Below the pieces are notes generated by a model. The model saw only the letters and a program-made list of their open reading frames with translations, was not told where the DNA came from and searched no databases. 64,000 bases of DNA from positions 1,452,738 through 1,516,737 of the forward strand of contig CBDBHA010000002.1 in NCBI GenBank assembly GCA_965205495.1, read 5' to 3'. The DNA is from Dehalococcoidia bacterium (lineage in GTDB: Bacteria > Chloroflexota > Dehalococcoidia > Lucifugimonadales > UBA3495). This document shows positions 37,483-44,774 of this stretch, in pieces (the stretch's first letter is position 1; every line of letters starts with the position of its first letter). The translations under genes and the position numbers were made by a program.

Positions 37483-38859
37483 TTAGAGCAACAGGGTTAA
37501 GGGGTTTTCCAGGATATGTTTGACCTCGACGAGGAAGCGGGCGGCTTCCGCGCCGTCGGCTACCCGGTGGTCGGTGGAAAGGGTGGCCTTCATCATTTGA
37601 GCGACGGCTAGTTGCCCTTCCCGGACGACAGCCTGTTCCTGAACTGCGCCGACAGCCAAAACCGCGGCATGGGGCGGATAAATGATGGCGGCGAAACTTT
37701 CGATTTCAAACATGCCCAGGTTGCTTACGCTAAAGGTGGTGCCTCCGTATTCGTCGTTGCGGAGGTGGCCGGCGTTGGCGCGTTCGATGAGGTCCTTGGA
37801 AGCAGCGGCGATTTGGAGGAGGGACTTGTCCTGGCAATCGCTGATGCCGGGTACCATGAGGCCGGCTTCCAGGGCGATGGCGACGCCAATGTTGACGGCG
37901 GAGTGGAAGTGGAGAGAATCGGCCTGGAAAGAGGCGTTGAACTTGGGATGTTTAGCGAGGGCCAGGGCGGCGGATTTAACCACGAGGTCGTTGACGGTGA
38001 CCCGGGTCCCTTCGGGAGCGGCTTCGTTGATTTCGCGGCGGAGGGTCATGGCGCGGGTCATATCTATAGCGGCGGTGACGTAGAAGTGGGGGGCTTCGCG
38101 TTTACTGTCAGAGGTGACGCGGGCAATGGCCTGACGCATCCGGGACAGTTCGACGGCTTCGGCACCGAGTTGGGCAAGCGGTTCCGGGGTGGGTTCGGGT
38201 TCGGGAGCGGGCGGGGTGTATTCCAGGATGTCTTTTTCGACGATGCGGCCGCCGGGGCCAGAGCCGGTTACGGCGGCGAGGTTGATGCCACGTTCCCGGG
38301 CGAGACGGCGGGCGATGGGGGAGGCGAGAATCCGGCCATCTTGGAGTTCAGGAGCCGCCACCGGGGGAGCGGGGGTGTATTCCAAGACGTCTTTTTCGAC
38401 GATGCGGCCGCCGGGGCCAGAGCCGGTGAGGTCGGCCAAATTTACGCCGCGTTCCCGGGCCAGGCGGCGGGCAATTGGGGAAACGCGGAGGCGTCCGTCT
38501 TCGGACCCATCCGCAACCGGGGCGGGCGTCTCCGGGGCAGCGGTTGGAGCAACACCAGGGGCGGGAGGTTCGGCGGCGGTTGGGGTGGCGGCGTCTAGGA
38601 GGTTGTCCGGGAGGGGTTCGCCGGGCGCGGTGATAACGGCGATAAGCTCGCCAACGGGAACAACCACTCCGGCGTCGGCGACGATTTTACCCAAGACCCC
38701 GCCGGTGTAGGCTTCGAACTCCACCGTGGCTTTGTCGGTTTCAATGTCGGCGAGGACCTCGCCCCGGGCGATGGTGTCACCTTCTTGCTTGTGCCAGCGG
38801 ACGACTGTGCCTTCGCGCATGTCGTATCCCATCTGGGGCATTACGATGTTGGTCGCCAT
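37483..38859 (-). CDS. Dihydrolipoamide acyltransferase (E2) with one lipoyl domain and two tandem peripheral-subunit-binding domains
   Basis: Lipoyl motif IETDKATVEF. Two PSBD copies (SPIARRLARERG-NLA...GSGPGGRIVEKD-LEY). Catalytic C-terminus with the DHRVADG motif. Confidence 0.9.
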   Translation of the reverse strand: MATNIVMPQMGYDMREGTVVRWHKQEGDTIARGEVLADIETDKATVEFEAYTGGVLGKIVADAGVVVPVGELIAVITAPGEPLPDNLLDAATPTAAEPPAPGVAPTAAPETPAPVADGSEDGRLRVSPIARRLARERGVNLADLTGSGPGGRIVEKDVLEYTPAPPVAAPELQDGRILASPIARRLARERGINLAAVTGSGPGGRIVEKDILEYTPPAPEPEPTPEPLAQLGAEAVELSRMRQAIARVTSDSKREAPHFYVTAAIDMTRAMTLRREINEAAPEGTRVTVNDLVVKSAALALAKHPKFNASFQADSLHFHSAVNIGVAIALEAGLMVPGISDCQDKSLLQIAAASKDLIERANAGHLRNDEYGGTTFSVSNLGMFEIESFAAIIYPPHAAVLAVGAVQEQAVVREGQLAVAQMMKATLSTDHRVADGAEAARFLVEVKHILENPLTLLL

Positions 38860-38942
38860 GGTGGCCTCCCCGAAGGATTTGTCGAACGGAGGAAGGGGTT
38901 AACTGGGGTCCCGATGGTTGATGATAAGAACTAACGCCATTG

Positions 38943-40340
38943 CTAACCGTGGATAGCCCGGCCCTGGGCGCCCAGGGCTGCTTCTTTCAACATTTCGGAG
39001 ATGGTGGGGTGGGCGTGGACGGCCCAACCCAGCTCCAGGGAGGTGCCTTCCAGAAGGCGGGTCAACGAAAGCTCACCCAGGAGTTCGGTAACTTCCGGGC
39101 CGATGAGGTGGCCGCCGAGGAGTTCACCGTAGCGGGCATCGAGGACGAGTTTAACCATGCCTTCGGTCTCGCCCATCGCCATGGCCTTGCCGTTGGCCAA
39201 GACATTGAATCGGCCCACCTGGACCTGGTAGCCCTGATCTATGGCCTGGGCCTCGGTGAGTCCGAAGCTGGCGACCTGGGGCTGGCAGTAGGTGGCCTTG
39301 GGCATATAGGTGTAGTCGAGGGGTTGGGTCTCGTTGCCCGCGATATGCTCGGCGGCGGTCACGGCCTGGGCCGAGGCGGCATGGGCCAGGGCGAGTTTGC
39401 CGGTGACGTCGCCGACGGCGTATAGACCTGGAATGTTGGCAGCCATGGCGTCGTTGACCTGGATGTAGCCGCCCTGAGTTTGAACTCCCAGCGATTCCAA
39501 CCCGAGGTCCTCGGCATTGGGTTGGACGCCGATGGCTACCAGCACCTGGGCGCAGTCGATAGTCTTGGCGGCGCCATCCTGGTCGATGTTGACGGTGACG
39601 CCGCTGGGGGACTGCTGGACACCGGTAACGGCCGCGCCGGTGACCACGTTGATGCCGTGTTTTGAAAAGGACCGTTCCAATTGTTGGCTGATTTCCTCGT
39701 CCTCATTGGGTACCAGGCGAGGCAGAAGCTCCACCACGCTAACTTCGACGCCGTACATGCGGTAGATGTAGGCGAACTCGACGCCGATGGCCCCACCGCC
39801 AACAATGACAATAGACTGGGGCAGTTCTTTGCCGACGATGGCCTGGCGGCTGGTGATGATTTGGGCACCGTCCACAGGAAGGGGGGGAATGGTGCGGGGG
39901 CGCGCGCCGGTGGCTATGATGATGTTCTTGGCGGTAATGACCTGGCCATCGGGAGCGATTTCCACCTGACCGTTACCGCGGAGAGTAGCGGTGCCGGTGA
40001 GATGGGTAACGTTGTTTTTGCGAAGGAGGTAGGCGACGCCGCGAATGTTGCGGTCGACGACCCGGCGGCTGCGGTCGATGGCTACGGAGTAATCGGCGTG
40101 GAAATTATCGAAATGGAAACCGAACTCTTGAGAACGGTGGATATAGGAAAGGATTTCAGCGTTTTTGAGGAGGGCCTTACTGGGGATGCAGCCCCAATTG
40201 AGGCAGACACCACCCAGGCTTTCCCGCTCGACGATGGCGGTGTTCAGTCCCAACTGAGCGGAGCGGATGGCGGCGACGTAACCGCCGGGGCCGGCGCCGA
40301 TGACGGCTACATCGTATGTGGAGTTGGTTGTCATTATCAA
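38943..40340 (-). CDS. lpdA: Dihydrolipoyl dehydrogenase (E3)
   Basis: FAD motif GAGPGGY, redox disulfide GGVCLNWGCIPSK, and a C-terminal HAHPT interface motif. Confidence 0.9.
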   Translation of the reverse strand: MIMTTNSTYDVAVIGAGPGGYVAAIRSAQLGLNTAIVERESLGGVCLNWGCIPSKALLKNAEILSYIHRSQEFGFHFDNFHADYSVAIDRSRRVVDRNIRGVAYLLRKNNVTHLTGTATLRGNGQVEIAPDGQVITAKNIIIATGARPRTIPPLPVDGAQIITSRQAIVGKELPQSIVIVGGGAIGVEFAYIYRMYGVEVSVVELLPRLVPNEDEEISQQLERSFSKHGINVVTGAAVTGVQQSPSGVTVNIDQDGAAKTIDCAQVLVAIGVQPNAEDLGLESLGVQTQGGYIQVNDAMAANIPGLYAVGDVTGKLALAHAASAQAVTAAEHIAGNETQPLDYTYMPKATYCQPQVASFGLTEAQAIDQGYQVQVGRFNVLANGKAMAMGETEGMVKLVLDARYGELLGGHLIGPEVTELLGELSLTRLLEGTSLELGWAVHAHPTISEMLKEAALGAQGRAIHG

Positions 40341-40565
40341 AGATTACAGAGCGTGGGTCGGTTAAGGCTTGGTACGCGGTGGCAATTATACAAGGGGGGT
40401 TGTGTGTCCACAATGTTGGAGGAACGGCGTAATGGTCCGGTTGGTTCGGGGTGGTCCGGGCTGGGGCCTCGGCGGAATGGCGGTTGCCGGTAGGGGGTGC
40501 GGTTTGTTGGCGAATGGGGATTTTGGTATGATTGCGGCTGGCGAACTCGACTAAATGAGGTTGTT

Positions 40566-40784
40566 ATGAGATTCGGGCCGTTGGGAATCACCGAGGTTCT
40601 CATCATCTTGGCGGTGTTGTTGCTCATCTTTGGGGCGCGGCGGTTGCCGGAAATTGGGTCGTCCTTGGGGCGGGGAATCCGTTCCTTCAAGACTTCGGTG
40701 ACCGGGGAAGACGAGGTTGAGACCAAGTCCGAGGAAGAGCAGCGGCCGGTGAACGCGGGGCGAAACAACGATGACCTAGTCTAA
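40566..40784 (+). CDS. tatA: Twin-arginine translocase protein TatA/E
   Basis: Start refined to ATG 40566 (TGAGG 5 nt upstream). It reads MRFGPLGITEVLIILAVLLLIFGARRLPE followed by an amphipathic helix. Confidence 0.85.
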   Translation: MRFGPLGITEVLIILAVLLLIFGARRLPEIGSSLGRGIRSFKTSVTGEDEVETKSEEEQRPVNAGRNNDDLV

Positions 40785-40836
40785 AGACGGACTTATAACG
40801 GGCTTTTGGCCCCGGGCACAATAGGCTTGGAATGAT

Positions 40837-40870
40837 GAAAAGGCCGGCGCAGGTACGCCGGCCTTTTTCT
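40837..40870. terminator. Bidirectional intrinsic terminator
   Basis: AAAAGGCCGGCG-caggta-CGCCGGCCTTTTT, between the convergent tatA(+) and tatC(-). Confidence 0.85.
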
Positions 40871-40885
40871 TTGCCAATGAGGGGG

Positions 40886-41653
40886 TCATTCGGAGTTGGG
40901 GGCCGGGGAGGGGGAGTCGGAAGGAGTTGGGCCGCGCCGTCCGGCGAGGCGGGCCAAGAGAATGCCTAATTCGTAGAGGACCAAGAGGGGCAGGGCCACC
41001 AGCACCTGGTTGACCGGGTCGAAGGTGGGGGTGATGACGGCGGCGATGATAAAAGCGATGACCAGCCAAAAGCGCCGGAAGCGGGAGAAGGCCCGCGCGG
41101 GAACAATGCCAAGGCGGGCCAGCAGCACCATGACCAGAGGGGTTTCGAACACGACGCCCATCCAAAAAAGGAACCGGAGCATCACATCGACGTAACTGCT
41201 AATGCGAATCAAGGGTTCCGCAACGTTGTCGCTGAAGGATATGAGGAAAGGGAGGGCCTGGGGGGTGAGGATGTAATAACCGAAGGCGATGCCGCCGGCG
41301 AAGGCGAGCACAGCGCCTGGGATGAAGAGGAGCAAGTAGCGCTTTTCCTGGCCGGTAAGGCCGGGGGCGACGAACCGGACCACCTGGTAGAGAATCACCG
41401 GAAAGGCGAGGATGAGGCCGCCGAAGAGGGAGACTTTGAAGCTGGTGGTGAGGGACTCGGTGACCTGGGTGGCGATTAGGGTGACCCCTTGGCCGTCGTT
41501 AAGCTCCTGGGCCGGGCGTTTGAGGAGCTCGACGGCGTCCTCCCAGAAGGCGAACGCCACGCAGGTACCGAGGACGAGGGCGATGACGCAAATAAGGAGG
41601 CGGCGCCTGAGCTCCTGCAGGTGCTCTCTAAGGGAAAGCTGGTGGTCATTCAT
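40886..41653 (-). CDS. tatC: Twin-arginine translocase subunit TatC
   Basis: 255 aa. LREHLQELRRRL N-terminus and six TM segments, typical of TatC. Confidence 0.9.
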   Translation of the reverse strand: MNDHQLSLREHLQELRRRLLICVIALVLGTCVAFAFWEDAVELLKRPAQELNDGQGVTLIATQVTESLTTSFKVSLFGGLILAFPVILYQVVRFVAPGLTGQEKRYLLLFIPGAVLAFAGGIAFGYYILTPQALPFLISFSDNVAEPLIRISSYVDVMLRFLFWMGVVFETPLVMVLLARLGIVPARAFSRFRRFWLVIAFIIAAVITPTFDPVNQVLVALPLLVLYELGILLARLAGRRGPTPSDSPSPAPNSE

Positions 41654-41655
41654 GG

Positions 41656-41898
41656 TTAGCTTTGGGGAGGGGGCCCTTCTCGGGGAGGTGGGGAGCCGGA
41701 GGCGGGCGGGCGGGGTTGAGGCGGCCGGTCGTCGTCCAAGTTAACGGCGGAAGTAATTTCGTTAATGGCACGGCGGATGTCGCGGACCATCCGCCCGGTG
41801 GTGCGGGCCATGTCGATGGAGCGGTTGGGGCCCAGAGCGAGGAAAGCCACGACCATGATGACCGCAATTTCGGGGAGGCCGATGCCGAAAAGGTTCAC
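41656..41898 (-). CDS. TatA/TatB-family translocase component
   Basis: The GTG start at 41898 overlaps the TGA stop of the upstream rlmD-maf ORF (GTGA). It reads (M)NLFGIGLPEIAVIMVVAFLALGP followed by an amphipathic, Pro-rich tail. An alternative ATG is at 41925. Confidence 0.75.
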   Translation of the reverse strand: MNLFGIGLPEIAVIMVVAFLALGPNRSIDMARTTGRMVRDIRRAINEITSAVNLDDDRPPQPRPPASGSPPPREGPPPQS

Positions 41899-43733
41899 CG
41901 GCGGGGCTTCCCTTGAAAGGGACATTCGGTCTGGCATTGGGGTTGGTTGGGGACGACCCAGTCCGGGAGAAGGGCGCAGCCCAACTCGGCGAGCATTTCG
42001 CGGACGCGGCACACCGGGAGGCCCACCACGTTGGTGAAGCAGCCATCGGTCAGCTTGCCGGGTTTGAGATCGGGGTCCTGGATGGCATAGGCGCCTGCCT
42101 TGTCCAAGGGAGTACCGGCATTGACGGAGGCCTGGATTTCCTCGTCGCTCAAGTCCCGCAACTCGATGTCTCCGGTCAGGCAATCGGTAAGGCTGCGGCC
42201 GGTGGCGGCGTCGATGACGGTAACACCGGTGCTCACCTGGTGTTGGGTTCCGCGCAGGGTCTGGAGCATTTTTACGGCGTCCGCGGAGTCAACGGGTTTG
42301 CCGACGGGCCGGTCTTGAAAGACCACGGTGCTGTCGGCGCCGATGACGTATCCTTCAGTCAGAGTAGAAGCGATGGCCTGGGCCTTGGCCTGGGAGAGAC
42401 GCCGGACCATATCCTGGGCGGGCTCGCCGGGGATGACGGACTCATCCACGTTGGCCGGGATTACCTGGAACTGGAAGCCCGCCTGGGCCAGAAGGTCGTT
42501 CCGGCGGGGGGATGCCGAGGCCAGGACGACCTGGGGCGGCGGCTGAGTTCGTTCGAGGACCGCGACGGACTCGACGTGGTGAGTCTGGGGGAACATATCC
42601 AGGGGGTGCACGGCGGTCAACCGGTAAGGGCCCTGGCAGAGGAGCTTCAAATCGCGCCCCAGGGTTTCCGGGTCGCACGACACGTAGACCACGCGGGGCG
42701 GGGCGAGGCGCAGGAGGCTGGCGAGAGCGGAGGGCTGGCAGCCGGCACGGGGCGGGTCCAGGAGAACAATGTCGGGTTTTTCTGCGACGGAACCAAGAAC
42801 ATCTTCGGTCTTGCCCAAGAGGAATTCAACGTTGTCGAGGCCGGCGGCGTTTTTCCGGGCGTCGGCGACGGCGGCGGCGGACTCCTCGATAGCGATTACC
42901 CGGCGGACGTAGGGAGCGAGGAGGATAGCGAAGGTACCAACTCCGGTGTAGGCGTCGAGCAGGAGGTCGGTGGATTGGATGGCCAACTCGCGGCGGACCG
43001 TCTCGATAAGGTTGGAGGTCTGTTGGATATTGACTTGAAAGAAAGAAGGGGAGGCGACCCGAAAGGTGCGGCGGTTGACGGATTCCACGTAGTGTTTTTG
43101 GCCGGTGGGAACGGTGACCGCAGGGGACTTCAGGGTTGGCTGCACCAAGAAATCGCCAGTTTCTTCGCCGGCGCGGATGGACAACTGGGTGGTCTCGGCG
43201 CAGTTGTCCTGCAACTGGGCCAAGAGATTGTTGACCCCTGGGTGCATCAACATGCAGTCATCGACCTGAACAAAGCGGCGGGTCTCGCGGTTGACGAAAC
43301 CGAGAGCGCCCTGAGGGCCGATGGTCATCCGGGCGTGGTTACGGTAGCGAAACTGGCGGGGCGAGGGTTGGACGGGAGACACTGCCGGGTCTGGGAAACC
43401 GCCGACGCGCCGGAGGGCGTCGACGACCTTCTCCCGTTTTACGTCAAGTTGGTAATCGTAGGCGACATGCTGCCATTGGCAACCGGTGCATTCGCCGTAG
43501 TAAGGACAGGGGGGTTGGATACGGTGGGGAGAAGGTTCGAGGACTTCGACCACGCGGGCGGAGAGGTGGTTGCGGTAGACGCGAAGGACTTCGGCGACGA
43601 CCTTTTCGCCGGGGATACCGCCAAAGACAAAGACGTCCCAATCTTGGTATTGGGCCCAGGCCTCGCCCAAGCGACCCCAGGACATCAAAGAGAGGGATAG
43701 TAGCTGGCCTTTCAGGATGCGCTGGTCTAACAA
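41895..43733 (-). CDS. Fusion protein: 23S rRNA (uracil-5)-methyltransferase RlmD/RumA-like + Maf nucleoside-triphosphate pyrophosphatase
   Basis: One uninterrupted frame. The RumA part has TRAM-like VFVFGGIPGEKV, the Fe-S Cys set C-x6-C-x2-C plus DDC, SAM motif DAYTGVG and catalytic VYVSCDP, ending HVESVAVLER. A TQPPPQ linker precedes Maf (VVLASASPRR ... GAYAIQ). Start set to TTG 43733 after AGGAGG; the track ORF extends to 43865. Confidence 0.8.
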   Translation of the reverse strand: MLDQRILKGQLLSLSLMSWGRLGEAWAQYQDWDVFVFGGIPGEKVVAEVLRVYRNHLSARVVEVLEPSPHRIQPPCPYYGECTGCQWQHVAYDYQLDVKREKVVDALRRVGGFPDPAVSPVQPSPRQFRYRNHARMTIGPQGALGFVNRETRRFVQVDDCMLMHPGVNNLLAQLQDNCAETTQLSIRAGEETGDFLVQPTLKSPAVTVPTGQKHYVESVNRRTFRVASPSFFQVNIQQTSNLIETVRRELAIQSTDLLLDAYTGVGTFAILLAPYVRRVIAIEESAAAVADARKNAAGLDNVEFLLGKTEDVLGSVAEKPDIVLLDPPRAGCQPSALASLLRLAPPRVVYVSCDPETLGRDLKLLCQGPYRLTAVHPLDMFPQTHHVESVAVLERTQPPPQVVLASASPRRNDLLAQAGFQFQVIPANVDESVIPGEPAQDMVRRLSQAKAQAIASTLTEGYVIGADSTVVFQDRPVGKPVDSADAVKMLQTLRGTQHQVSTGVTVIDAATGRSLTDCLTGDIELRDLSDEEIQASVNAGTPLDKAGAYAIQDPDLKPGKLTDGCFTNVVGLPVCRVREMLAELGCALLPDWVVPNQPQCQTECPFQGKPRR

Positions 43734-43931
43734 AGGTCCTCCTGGAGATACTATAGACCAAGGCAGGGGCGAATCCAAGGGAGGTCCAAGGGAGGATGGA
43801 AGGGGACGGGGGCGGGTGGTTAGGGTTAGTGTTGACCTGTTGGTAGCGCCGGTATAATATGGCAACAGAACCCCTCTGAACGGCGGGGCGCGGGCAAAAC
43901 GGCGTCCTGCACTAATGACCTTGGAGGCAAA

Positions 43932-44261
43932 ATGGCAGAGCCCATCGAAGTTAGCGAAACCAGTTGGGATGAGCAGGTAATCAACTCGGAGCTACCCGTT
44001 CTAGTGGACTTTTGGGCAGAATGGTGCGGCCCTTGCAAGATGATTGCGCCGGCGGTACACGACCTGGCCGTCGAGTATACCGGCAAGTTGAACGTAGCCA
44101 AAGTAGACGTGGACGACAGCCCGAACATTGCGATGAAGTACGGCGTGCGGAGCATACCGGCGTTAATCTTCTTCAAAGACGGGCAACCGGTGGACCAGAT
44201 AGTCGGCGCGGTGCCCAAGGGAGCATTGAAGCGGAAAATCGATGCGGTATTGGGCAGTTAG
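43932..44261 (+). CDS. trxA: Thioredoxin
   Basis: 109 aa, with the WCGPC active site and the canonical thioredoxin fold pattern. Confidence 0.95.
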   Translation: MAEPIEVSETSWDEQVINSELPVLVDFWAEWCGPCKMIAPAVHDLAVEYTGKLNVAKVDVDDSPNIAMKYGVRSIPALIFFKDGQPVDQIVGAVPKGALKRKIDAVLGS

Positions 44262-44281
44262 TCCCCGCGGCCCCCGGACGG

Positions 44282-44378
44282 GGGAGTGGATGGGGCCCGG
44301 TGGCTCTTGCGGACTTCAAATCCGTTATGCCTCGTGACGAGCGGGGTAGGTGGGTTCGACTCCCTCGCACTCCCGCCA
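44282..44378 (+). tRNA. selC: tRNA-Sec-like (anticodon UCA), 97 nt, CCA encoded
   Basis: The sequence is GGGAGTGGATGGGGCCCGGTGGCTCTTGCGGACTTCAAATCCGTTATGCCTCGTGACGAGCGGGGTAGGTGGGTTCGACTCCCTCGCACTCCCGCCA. It has a 6-bp D stem with a CGGT loop, anticodon loop CTTCAAA, a long variable arm, a GGTTCGACTCC T loop, and discriminator G + CCA. The layout parallels E. coli selC as I recall it. By eye, the 8th acceptor pair and one T-stem pair are mismatched. Confidence 0.75.
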
Positions 44379-44391
44379 GAAAAGAGTAACG

Positions 44392-44428
44392 ACAAGCCCT
44401 CGGTAAGCGAAACCGGGGGCTTGTTCTT
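44392..44428 (+). terminator. Intrinsic terminator after the tRNA-Sec-like gene
   Basis: ACAAGCCCTCGGT-aagcgaa-ACCGGGGGCTTGT forms a 13-bp stem with one G-U pair, followed by TCTT. Confidence 0.7.
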
Positions 44429-44492
44429 GGGGGTCTGGCACGCAGGAAGAGGGTTTGACCAACGAGTATTGTAAAGACAAGGAGTGGGCGAT

Positions 44493-44678
44493 ATGCCACC
44501 ACGGTACCGGGGCAAACTGGGGGAATACCTATGGGAGAAGGAACTGGAGCGGTTGAACCGTTACAAGGACCGGCCGTGGGAGTTGCAGAGCAAGCAGCAA
44601 CCCGGGGATGAGCTGATTGCCCTAGCGATTGTCGTGACGGTGGGACTTGGGGGGTTGATGCTCTTTTCGCTGTTCTAG
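44493..44678 (+). CDS. Hypothetical small membrane protein (61 aa)
   Basis: AAGGAG lies 8 nt before the ATG. There is a C-terminal TM segment (LIALAIVVTVGLGGLMLFSLF), and a terminator follows. Confidence 0.45.
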   Translation: MPPRYRGKLGEYLWEKELERLNRYKDRPWELQSKQQPGDELIALAIVVTVGLGGLMLFSLF

Positions 44679-44717
44679 GGGTGGGGCACGTCCAGCCCGG
44701 GGTTTCGAAGAAAGGAA

Positions 44718-44750
44718 AGCCGGTCACCCATTGGTGACCGGCTAATTTTG
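44718..44750. terminator. Bidirectional intrinsic terminator
   Basis: AGCCGGTCAC-ccattg-GTGACCGGCT has T-rich tracts on both strands, between 44493..44678(+) and 44775..46412(-). Confidence 0.8.
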
Positions 44751-44774
44751 TGCCTTCCGAGGGGGTTGTGGGGA

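Noticed and set aside
40341-40565. ORFs 40337..40768(-), 40177..40413(-) and 40369..40554(+) in the lpdA-tatA divergent intergenic region.
   Set aside because: - They overlap lpdA or tatA.
- They are compositionally biased and have no RBS.
- The region is better explained as a divergent promoter region.
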